Assembly (NCBI GenBank): GCA_965213925.1 | Contig: OZ243927.1 | Coordinates: forward strand, 1,984,001 to 2,048,000 | From: Trueperaceae bacterium | Lineage (GTDB): Bacteria > Deinococcota > Deinococci > Deinococcales > Trueperaceae | Direction of reading: 5' to 3' | DNA length: 64,000 bases | Shown here: positions 56,570 through 64,000 of the stretch, piece after piece | Layout: every line of letters begins with the position of its first letter | Numbering within the stretch: position 1 is the stretch's first letter | Program-made: the position numbers and the translations under genes | Notes under the pieces: generated by a model | Told to the model about the DNA's origin: nothing | Databases searched by the model: none | The model's input: the letters and a program-made list of their open reading frames with translations, nothing else

Positions 56570-58465
56570 TCACCGCTTAGCGCGTTCGCTACTTAGCCTG
56601 CTGTTTGTTCGGTTGATACTCGTTTGCAACTGATCGTTCCTAATTTCCAAATCAGTAATCTCCCGTCCCAGTGAAGTTTGATCGGCAATAGCTTGGTTAT
56701 AACCGTCATAGAATACGTCGCGAGTAGTTTCAGCCTCTTCCAATGCTTGCTCAGCGCTCCGTACTTGCTGCCTGGTTTCTGGCACAATGAATAGATTTAG
56801 GTCTTGCTTACGTCCATAATCATCCGAGTATTGTCTAAGGTAGTCGCTTATACCTGCTGCTGTAGTGGGTGTGCTGCCGGGCGCGGTGACGATTGCAACT
56901 CCTGTACCAACTGCCCTCGCAAACCCCTCAGCAGCGACCTTGAAGGGGGCAATTTTCTCCTCTAATCGCTGTTGCTCCGCCTCATAGTTCGCAAGGTCTG
57001 ACTCTAGCTGCTCGAGATTTTGCTCTTTATCAGCAACGTTCTGAAGGACCCTCTCCTCATTAGCGTCGTAGGAATCGACAAGCTCATTTACAGCTTGCAA
57101 CTCCTCTCGCTTTTCCCCTAACTCAGTGACGACCTCTTCCTGCTCCTCGAGAAGTGCGTCTAGCTCTTCCTCGAGGTTCGCAACGAGTGCAGCGTCGTAA
57201 TTGTCTTCCTCTTCTTCGTCAGAATCACTTCCATCAGGGGGACCATCATCGTCTTCTTCTGGTTCTTCGGGGTCTTCCTCCGGTTCTTCGGGGTCTGGCT
57301 CAGGTTCAGGCTCGGGCTCAGGTTCAGGTTCAGGCTCGGGCTCAGGTGGCGGATCAGGATCATCCCCGGATGAAGGGTTACAGTTGTACGCACACTCAAG
57401 GTCTCCCTGCGGAGTCAGCACTTCCTCGCCTTGAGTGGTAGAAGAACTTTCAGGAGGTAGAGAGGAGATATTTAGCATCTCCTCTAACGTAGCTAAACCC
57501 TGTGAAAATCCAGCGGATACCACTTCCGGTTCGGGGCCACCTGTCAAGTATCCCTCCGCTGCATAAGCGACGGTTTCTCGAGCGAAGATGAGATTAACGG
57601 TTGAGACTTTAAGGCGGTCACCTTTGCAAACGCCAAGCGTATCTCCATGATTTTTCGTGTGCGCTCCGATTGCCGAGAATCCTACAAAAATTGTGTGGGC
57701 GTTTGCAGGATTACCAGGTGGGACGTGGCAGACAGGAAATTTTGAGGAATCATACTTGACAATATTTGCGCCGAGCATTCCTTCGTTACCTAAGATAAAC
57801 TGAGTCAGAATCGCATCGGTTCTTGTAGGAACCTGAACAATGTCAGTATCTTCGTTTTGAACGACAGCAGCATTCTTCCAATCTAATTCGTAGCTAGAGG
57901 CGCGTAAAGCGTCAATCGCAACTTGGGCGTCTTCGCTTTCTTTGATCTGCTGCTCTAACTCCGTAAGAGCAGGAGCGTCATAGAACACTTCAAACTGTGC
58001 AGTTTCATCTAGATATTTCCCGCTTTTCGTTTTGGCTGCCGTGCCCACTTTAGCGATATACTGTGCTCCGGGGCGGGGTTGTACATCGGGACGGAAGTCG
58101 AAAGTCTTGTCATCGTCGCTCCAATTCACCTCTGGATCGATTTGAACCTCTTCCCCCTCCGCAGTCCTCACCTCTAAAGAGGTTTCTACGGAGCGTCGGT
58201 CCATCGGCTCCGTGAAAGAAAATGTAAGCCAGAAGTTGTTGTCGCGCTGAAAAGTCCTTGTTGTTACTTCTACAGAAGAAATGACATCGCTTTGTGTGGT
58301 GACACTAGTTGCATTGGAAGAAGATACGGAACGGTTGCTGCACGCACTTAACACAAGTATAGATGCAAAGATTAGCGTGAACCTGAGTGTTTTCATCTTT
58401 AGTTTGTCTGCTCCCGTCCTCTTTTTGGACTTCCTACGGTTCTTGGCTGTTCGTTTAGGATTCAA
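56570..58465 (-). CDS. Large lipoprotein: Ig-like (Big_5/SbsA-type) domain, CHxPPGN motif, Pro-Glu linker, coiled-coil C-terminus
   Basis: Lipobox LSAC (signal starts at ATG 58396); FSFTEPMDRRSV...WSDDDKTF.F.P...Y..KVGTAAKT; VCHVPPGNPANAHTI...HGDTLGVC; (PE)n; Glu/Gln/Leu heptads. Confidence 0.8.
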   Translation of the reverse strand: MNPKRTAKNRRKSKKRTGADKLKMKTLRFTLIFASILVLSACSNRSVSSSNATSVTTQSDVISSVEVTTRTFQRDNNFWLTFSFTEPMDRRSVETSLEVRTAEGEEVQIDPEVNWSDDDKTFDFRPDVQPRPGAQYIAKVGTAAKTKSGKYLDETAQFEVFYDAPALTELEQQIKESEDAQVAIDALRASSYELDWKNAAVVQNEDTDIVQVPTRTDAILTQFILGNEGMLGANIVKYDSSKFPVCHVPPGNPANAHTIFVGFSAIGAHTKNHGDTLGVCKGDRLKVSTVNLIFARETVAYAAEGYLTGGPEPEVVSAGFSQGLATLEEMLNISSLPPESSSTTQGEEVLTPQGDLECAYNCNPSSGDDPDPPPEPEPEPEPEPEPEPEPDPEEPEEDPEEPEEDDDGPPDGSDSDEEEEDNYDAALVANLEEELDALLEEQEEVVTELGEKREELQAVNELVDSYDANEERVLQNVADKEQNLEQLESDLANYEAEQQRLEEKIAPFKVAAEGFARAVGTGVAIVTAPGSTPTTAAGISDYLRQYSDDYGRKQDLNLFIVPETRQQVRSAEQALEEAETTRDVFYDGYNQAIADQTSLGREITDLEIRNDQLQTSINRTNSRLSSERAKR

Positions 58466-59241
58466 TTCTGGTCTCCACTAGAAGGTGGCTGATGGAGAGA
58501 TACAGGTCGAAGAGATGTTTGAGAACTGGACAGAGAAAAGTTCTGAGCCATGTATGAAGAGTTGAACGCGCCCTCAGGTAGCATTACAGGCCCTTCTACG
58601 AAATCGACAGGGAGAGCCTGAATCCCAACGATGTACTCTTTGCCGTTGATTAGAGAAATATCATCGAACATGTAGGTTGTCGTATTGGTGTAGCCCTTGC
58701 GCACTCCGCGCTTGAGCGTGCCATCTGTAGCAAAAATGTCTAGGAAGTAAGAGTTTGCTCCCTCTGCTGGCTTCCAGGTGACGTCAACTCGGGAATCCGT
58801 CGCATTGATAGCAATATCTGTCGGTGGAGGTAAAATCTGTTGTGCATCGACGGAAACATTGGCGGAATAGGGAACACCATTTACCGTCGTTTCGAATGAA
58901 TAGACTCCTGTGACAAGAGGAAGGTCGTTACCTTCGTTGTCAGAAATTAAGTTGCGCCAACTCCAATGATCGCCTGCTCGATTGAAGCTCGATATTGTGG
59001 TTAGACTCTTGTCGTTGTTCCACCCTTCAGGACCGCTGACTGTTACCTCGATGTCTCCTGTTGAGCCTTCCTCGAGGTCAAAGGTATAGAGTGTAGAGAG
59101 ACCAACACCACCGGGATAGTCCATCGTTCCCGCAGCCACTTGAAAAGCAGCTTTGCTATCGGGTGTTTCAGAGCCTGTGCTACAAGCAGTGAGAAGGGTT
59201 ATAAGGAAAGCGGTTATGAGAATACTTCTTAATCCTTTCAT
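58462..59241 (-). CDS. Lipoprotein with a fibronectin-III-like C-terminal domain
   Basis: Lipobox LTAC; PPPTDI...VDVTWKPAEGANSY...L.NGKEYIVGIQA. Confidence 0.75.
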   Translation of the reverse strand: MKGLRSILITAFLITLLTACSTGSETPDSKAAFQVAAGTMDYPGGVGLSTLYTFDLEEGSTGDIEVTVSGPEGWNNDKSLTTISSFNRAGDHWSWRNLISDNEGNDLPLVTGVYSFETTVNGVPYSANVSVDAQQILPPPTDIAINATDSRVDVTWKPAEGANSYFLDIFATDGTLKRGVRKGYTNTTTYMFDDISLINGKEYIVGIQALPVDFVEGPVMLPEGAFNSSYMAQNFSLSSSQTSLRPVSLHQPPSSGDQN

Positions 59242-59375
59242 AACCAAAAAAATACCGTTCTTATCGCCTTCACTATCACAGAAAACTCACAAAAAGGCTG
59301 GAGTGACCAATCTCACTCCTTTGCCTTTCTCAGTAACGTGGAATTGAGTAGAATTCGTGTAAGCTTGCTTGGCTG

Positions 59376-59546
59376 GTGCTACACTCTTTTCATGAGCCGC
59401 AAAGGGTACGAGTTTTTTGACGACGAACAGGTTTTGGAGACCTACACGTCGCGTAGGAATCTGCCGACGAGTCCGAACGAGACCATCGAATACCCTATCT
59501 TCCGGGAGCTGATCGGCGAGGCTCGAGGCTTAGACGTGCTCGACTT
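59376..59546 (+). repeat. Right direct repeat (~170 bp)
   Basis: Closely matches 55863-56034. Confidence 0.9.
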
Positions 59547-60126
59547 AGGCTGCGGCGAGGCGGCGTTCGGTCGCGAACTGCTAGACAAGGGGATAAGGTC
59601 GTATGTGGGGCTCGAGGCGTCCGAGAAGATGGCGAACGTGGCAGAGGAAAGGTTGGAAGGTCTCAATGCTAGCGTCGTACGCTCAACCATCGAAGCGTAC
59701 GACTTCGCGCCGACCTCTTTCGACCTCGTGATGTCGCAACTCGTTTTTCACTACGTCGCCGACCTCTCGGCGACATTTAGATGTGTGTTCGAAACGCTCA
59801 AGCCGGGTGGCAGGTTCATCTTTTCCGTAGAACACCCCGTCATCACCTCTTCCTCGCAGAGTTTGAAAATGTCCGAGCGGCGCACCGCTTGGCTCGTGGA
59901 CGACTACTTCAGGACGGGCGAGCGCACCCACTCCTGGATGGGCGGCGAGGTGACCAAGTACCACCGCACCGTCGAGGACTATTTCGCCAGCTTACAAGCG
60001 GTCGGCTTCACGGTCGAGCGCCTGCGCGAGTCGCGCCCCGAGCGGGAGCGCAGTGTCGATGAAGAGGAATACAGGCGGCGCTTGCGGATTCCTCTTTTCA
60101 TCTTCTTCTCCGCGCGTAAAGGTTAG
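59392..60126 (+). CDS. Class I SAM-dependent methyltransferase
   Basis: VLDLGCG, FDLVMSQLVFHY, LKPGGRFIFSVEHP, YHRT; start moved to ATG 59392. Confidence 0.9.
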   Translation: MSRKGYEFFDDEQVLETYTSRRNLPTSPNETIEYPIFRELIGEARGLDVLDLGCGEAAFGRELLDKGIRSYVGLEASEKMANVAEERLEGLNASVVRSTIEAYDFAPTSFDLVMSQLVFHYVADLSATFRCVFETLKPGGRFIFSVEHPVITSSSQSLKMSERRTAWLVDDYFRTGERTHSWMGGEVTKYHRTVEDYFASLQAVGFTVERLRESRPERERSVDEEEYRRRLRIPLFIFFSARKG

Positions 60127-60360
60127 TACAGTGTCAACTAAACAATGAACCATGTCATTCTGAACGTAGCCCTACGGCGAGCGTAGGATAGACTCCGCGG
60201 AGTGAAAGAATCTCGTCTTCCATTCCCAACCAGCCGAGATTGCGAGTTACAAAGTTTTGGCGGTAGCCAAACGAGACCCTTACGCCTTCGCCGAAGCTTC
60301 GCTCTACTTCGTGAACAGGGTGACATCAGTAATAAGTAGCAATACTTCGTTTACAGTGCA
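60127..60360. mobile_element. Repeat family B, copy 2, with two small hairpin inserts
   Basis: Ends TACAGTGTCAACTAA / TTCGTTTACAGTGCA; long segment ACGAGACCCTTACGCCTTCGCCGAAGCTTCGCTCTACTTCGTGAACAGGGTGACATCAGTAA identical to copy 1. Confidence 0.75.
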
Positions 60361-60370
60361 ATTAGCGCGC

Positions 60371-61807
60371 CTAAGAGTTTCGGTAACGCGCTAACGCCTC
60401 CTGGTAACGCTCGGTTTCTTTGGGCTCAAACCGCGCTGACACGTTCGTCTCACCGAGTTCGAACGCCGACGTAATGTGACCCGTACCCTGCAACGCTAGC
60501 AGCGCCGCGCCGTACGCCGCGCCCTGGTTCTGCTCAGGCTTAGAGAGCGGCAAACCCAGCACGTCCGCGACCATCTGCAACCAGAAGTCAGAGCGTGCAC
60601 CGCCGCCGGTCGCCAACGCCTCGTCCAGTTGCGCGAGGGGCGACATCACCTCCAGGCAGTCTTTCAAGCTAAACGCGACGCCCTCTAAAACTGCGCGCAC
60701 GACGTCCGCCTGTGTCGTCGCCAAGCTGAGCCCCGTCCAGGAGCCGCGCAAATCCGGGTTCATGTGCGGCGTGCGTTCGCCCGCTAGGTACGGCTTAAAG
60801 GTCACGCCGTTCGCACCGGGCTCACTCTCTTCGGCGAGCGTGATGAGGTCGCTGAAACTTCTATCCGAAGCGAACGTACGCTTATACCAGTCCAAGCTGC
60901 CCGCCGCCGCGAGCGTCACGCCTAAGAGGTTGTAGCCGCCGTCGGCGTGGCAGAAGAGGTGGACGCGCCCCTCGGGGTCGGGCTGCGGCGCTCCGAGCGG
61001 TGCGAACAGCACGCCCGACGTGCCCAAGCTCACGCTGCCGCGCCTCAAGTTGTGCGCCCCGAGCCCTAACCCCGTTGCCGCCGCCGCGTTGTCCCCTGCG
61101 CCCGCGACCACGGGCAAGCCCGCGGGCAAGCCCGTCTCGTCCGCGACCTCTCGAGTGAGCTTTCCGACGACCTCGTGCGAGGCGATGACGGGGGGAAAGA
61201 GGTCCGGCGAGAGGTCTAGCGCGCCCAAAATCTCCTCGTCCCAGGTTTTGGACGCCAGGTGAAAAAGGTTCGTCCCCGAAGCGTCCGAGGGCTCCGCCGC
61301 CATCTCGCCGGTGAGGACGTAACCGAGGTAGTCTTTGGGCAGAAGGACGTGCTCCGTTTTCGCGAAATTCTCCGGCTCTTCTCGCCTCATCCAGACGAGT
61401 TTAGGAAGCTGAAAGCCGGTGACAGCCGGATTGCCCGTGCGCTGGATGAGGGTATCTCTGGCGACCTTCTCTTCGATCTCTTCGACTGCTCCGCCCGTGC
61501 GTTGGTCGTTCCACAGAATCGCCGGGCGTACGGCGTCGCCGTGCTTGTCCAGCGCGACCATGCCGTGCATCTGCCCCGAGAGCCCGAGCGCGGTGACGTC
61601 GTGATGCTCGAGCTTGCCCGCAATCTCACGGAGTGCCGCGACCATCCCTTCGGTCCAATCACTCGGCTTTTGCTCCGTCCAACCGGGTTGGGGCGTGAGC
61701 AGCGGATAGCTCGCCGTCGCTTCGGCTAAGAGGTCGCCTCCCTCGTCCACGGCGACCACCCGCACGCCGCTCGTGCCGCCATCTAACCCCAAGGCAACGG
61801 GTGCCAC
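60371..61807 (-). CDS. xylB: Xylulokinase, copy 2 (in an operon with xylA)
   Basis: [34 protein letters not shown]. Confidence 0.92.
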   Translation of the reverse strand: MAPVALGLDGGTSGVRVVAVDEGGDLLAEATASYPLLTPQPGWTEQKPSDWTEGMVAALREIAGKLEHHDVTALGLSGQMHGMVALDKHGDAVRPAILWNDQRTGGAVEEIEEKVARDTLIQRTGNPAVTGFQLPKLVWMRREEPENFAKTEHVLLPKDYLGYVLTGEMAAEPSDASGTNLFHLASKTWDEEILGALDLSPDLFPPVIASHEVVGKLTREVADETGLPAGLPVVAGAGDNAAAATGLGLGAHNLRRGSVSLGTSGVLFAPLGAPQPDPEGRVHLFCHADGGYNLLGVTLAAAGSLDWYKRTFASDRSFSDLITLAEESEPGANGVTFKPYLAGERTPHMNPDLRGSWTGLSLATTQADVVRAVLEGVAFSLKDCLEVMSPLAQLDEALATGGGARSDFWLQMVADVLGLPLSKPEQNQGAAYGAALLALQGTGHITSAFELGETNVSARFEPKETERYQEALARYRNS

Positions 61808-62970
61808 TAGCGCACTCCTAAGAGGAGGTCGGTGGTGAGCTGGTCTAAGTGCTCGAGCCCCGGACCTCTCGTTCTCAAAGTCTGGAGGTCGAAGCTCTGC
61901 GCTTTAAGTTGCTGAGCACGTTCTGCTGAGTAGGCTTGGGAAAGGGACTCGAGGCTTTCATCTTCGACCTTATACCGCGCCAACGCCGCCTGAATCTCCT
62001 CGTCCTCACCGAACCTCTGTGCCTTTTCCTTCAAGATGAGGTACGTCCTCATACATCCCCTCGCGAACGCCCACACCCCCGCTTCGTCCTCGGTTCGGAG
62101 CGCGTGCGCGTCGAAGTGGCGCGGTCCCGCGTAGCCCGAATCTTCCAAGAGCTTCACGGTAAAAAACGCACCCTTCACGTTCTCCGCCCCGAAGCGCAAG
62201 TCCTGGTCGAAGCGGCTCATCTTCTGGTCGTTTAGGTCGATGTGAAAGAGCTTATCCGCGTCGATAGCTTGCGCGACCGCGTGCACGAAGTTAAGCCCTG
62301 CCATCGTCTCGTGCGCGAACTCGGGGTTCACGCCGACCATCTCGTGATGGTCCAGAGTCGCGATGAAGCCGAGCATACTGCCTACCGTCGGGAGGTAGAG
62401 GTCCGCCCTCGGTTCGTTCGGTTTAGGCTCCAGGGCGAAGCGCAAACTGTAGCCCTGGTCTTTGACGTACTCACATAAGAAGTTGAGGCACTCCCGAAAC
62501 CGTGCCAAACCCTCCAGAGGGTTGCCCGTCGCGTCCACCTCCGAGCCTTCGCGCCCGCCCCAGAAGACGTACGTCTTTGCGCCCAGCTCCACACCTAAGT
62601 CGATCGCCTGCATCGTCTTTTGCAGCGCGTACGCCCGGACCCTCGCGTCCGCCGAGGTGAACGCGCCGTCCTTGAAGACGGGGTCGGCGAAGAGGTTCGT
62701 AGTCGCCATCGGCACGACTAAGCCGTGGTCGTCCAGGGCTCCTTTGAATTCTTTGACGATCGCGCCTCGCTCTGAGGCGGAAGCGTCCGCCGGGACGAGG
62801 TCGTTGTCGTGCAAGTTCACGCCCCACGCGCCCAACTCGCCGAGCTTCTGCACGATGTAGGTGGGGTCTAGCGCCTCCCTCGTCGGCTCGCCGAAAGGGT
62901 CACGTCCGGGGTTGCCCACCGTCCATAAGCCGAAGGTGAAACGGTCGTCTTTCGTGGGTTCGTATGCCAT
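61807..62970 (-). CDS. xylA: Xylose isomerase (class I, Thermus/actinobacterial type)
   Basis: [44 protein letters not shown]; start moved to ATG 62970. Confidence 0.95.
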   Translation of the reverse strand: MAYEPTKDDRFTFGLWTVGNPGRDPFGEPTREALDPTYIVQKLGELGAWGVNLHDNDLVPADASASERGAIVKEFKGALDDHGLVVPMATTNLFADPVFKDGAFTSADARVRAYALQKTMQAIDLGVELGAKTYVFWGGREGSEVDATGNPLEGLARFRECLNFLCEYVKDQGYSLRFALEPKPNEPRADLYLPTVGSMLGFIATLDHHEMVGVNPEFAHETMAGLNFVHAVAQAIDADKLFHIDLNDQKMSRFDQDLRFGAENVKGAFFTVKLLEDSGYAGPRHFDAHALRTEDEAGVWAFARGCMRTYLILKEKAQRFGEDEEIQAALARYKVEDESLESLSQAYSAERAQQLKAQSFDLQTLRTRGPGLEHLDQLTTDLLLGVR

Positions 62971-63088
62971 AGCGTCCCTTCTAAGAACAAGTGCGTGAGG
63001 ACTTGAAGCGCTGCGCCTCGAGCCAAAAGGACGACCCTCGCCCGCCAACCTCTTGCACCTCATCTGGTGCTCTAACTTCTACCATGTT

Positions 63089-63535
63089 TTAGCGCGATTT
63101 CTGCGACGTTTTCGCTACGTCCCAACGCTCTTGCAACCGCTCGAAGCCCGCCTCGAGCCTCTTCCTCTCCAAAACAACCTGCGTCGTCGTCCCCTCGCCA
63201 ACCCTATCGCCGAGTTCATTAAACGCTTCGCAACTCGCATAAACGCGGTTTTTCTCGGTGCGGAGGTACCTAGCCTCGAGCCGCACCTCCATCCCCGGCA
63301 GCGCCGAAGCGAGATGCTTTATGGACACTTCAAAGCCGACGCCCTCCTCAAAAGGTTCTAAAAAGGGGAGGATGATCTTTCTCGAGACCAGTTCCATGTG
63401 TTTGGTCAGCCAGTAGGTCGCGTAGACCGGATGGAGCTTGCCGAGTTCGGGTTCAGCTTGCTCGAAGTCTACGGTCATCGCTTCAGAAACGGTGAGGGCG
63501 TGCGTAGCGGTGGTGCCTTCAGGAATCGGTTTCAT
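63089..63535 (-). CDS. Hot-dog fold thioesterase (FlK-like)
   Basis: HPVYATYWL..HME, EEGVG..V...HLA.ALPG; start moved to ATG 63535. Confidence 0.8.
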   Translation of the reverse strand: MKPIPEGTTATHALTVSEAMTVDFEQAEPELGKLHPVYATYWLTKHMELVSRKIILPFLEPFEEGVGFEVSIKHLASALPGMEVRLEARYLRTEKNRVYASCEAFNELGDRVGEGTTTQVVLERKRLEAGFERLQERWDVAKTSQKSR

Positions 63536-63998
63536 CAGGCTCGACCTCTTGCTCAGCTTGTTCGAAGTCAACCTTATCGTAAACCTTTTCCAATAGAAGC
63601 TCACAACGGATACTCGGAAAAGAAATCATAGAGTCTAAAGCTGAAAGCTCACTAAACATCCAGCGTTCGTCCTCCTGCCTTTCGAAAACCTCTACAAGGG
63701 GTTCGTGCTGAGAGACGAGGACATAGGTTTGCAGCGAGTTAAGCGTGCGGTAGCGCCTGAACTCTTCACCTCTGCCGTAGTTCTTTGTAGACGGCGACAA
63801 AATTTCGACGACAAACGTTGGATTGACGAGCGTGTCGCGCGTGCCGCTTACGAACTCGGCTTCGCCGCAAACGATGACGACATCGGGATAGAAATAGCGC
63901 GTGGACTTGGCAAGTTGAACGCGCATGTCGCCGGGGTAAAGTTTGCAAGGCTTCCCTACGAGTTGCGACCCTAGAGCGATAGTTAAATTTGTGGTGAC
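63519..63998 (-). CDS. Uma2 family (DUF820) endonuclease-like protein; N-terminus beyond the right edge
   Basis: YPDVVIVC, NPTFVVEILSPST, YVLVSQ; frame stays open to the window end. Confidence 0.88.
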   Translation of the reverse strand, partial: VTTNLTIALGSQLVGKPCKLYPGDMRVQLAKSTRYFYPDVVIVCGEAEFVSGTRDTLVNPTFVVEILSPSTKNYGRGEEFRRYRTLNSLQTYVLVSQHEPLVEVFERQEDERWMFSELSALDSMISFPSIRCELLLEKVYDKVDFEQAEQEVEPDETDS

Positions 63999-64000
63999 GA

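Larger units (their letters stand above)
56035..59375. mobile_element. AT-richer three-gene island between the direct repeats; no integrase inside
   Basis: Visible drop in GC and change in codon usage; bounded by the ~170-bp repeats. Confidence 0.7.

Noticed and set aside
57154..57441. Ser-Gly repeat and QVQAR ORFs on the plus strand
   Set aside because: Antisense readings of the Pro-Glu repeat.
1..64000. tRNA, rRNA, tmRNA, SRP RNA or transposase genes
   Set aside because: No diagnostic motifs were recognised by eye; covariance-model and HMM scans would be needed to exclude them fully.

Overview
GC-rich bacterial chromosomal segment. Gene content (giant TamB-like protein, class I xylose isomerase, PEGA protein, GAF/HD-GYP proteins, many -10 boxes sitting directly upstream of start codons) points to Deinococcota, probably Truepera-like; this is inference. 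About 57 CDS are supported: xylose use (xylA, two xylB, sugar porter), cobalamin functions, a DesK/DesR-type two-component system with its ABC exporter, a Phd/PIN toxin-antitoxin pair, trpC, acyP, cpdB, E1 alpha/beta, msrB, two FNT paralogs and two HD-GYP proteins. No rRNA, tRNA, CRISPR array, integrase or transposase was recognised. The most interesting items are: (1) an AT-richer 3.3-kb island bounded by a ~170-bp duplication of the promoter and 5' end of a methyltransferase gene, encoding two lipoproteins (one with an Ig-like domain, a Pro-Glu linker and a coiled-coil/hydrophobic/coiled-coil tail) and a coupled small membrane protein, a candidate surface toxin-immunity system; (2) a four-copy MITE-like family in which two copies carry unrelated ~46-47-nt inserts at the same position; (3) a second two-copy MITE/REP-like family bracketing the island region; (4) a ~145-nt rod-like candidate ncRNA between msrB and the PEGA gene; (5) a Thr-rich two-helix microprotein upstream of a DUF1616 gene. 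Three single-base frameshifts in short homopolymers may be assembly errors. All calls were made by eye; no searches were run.
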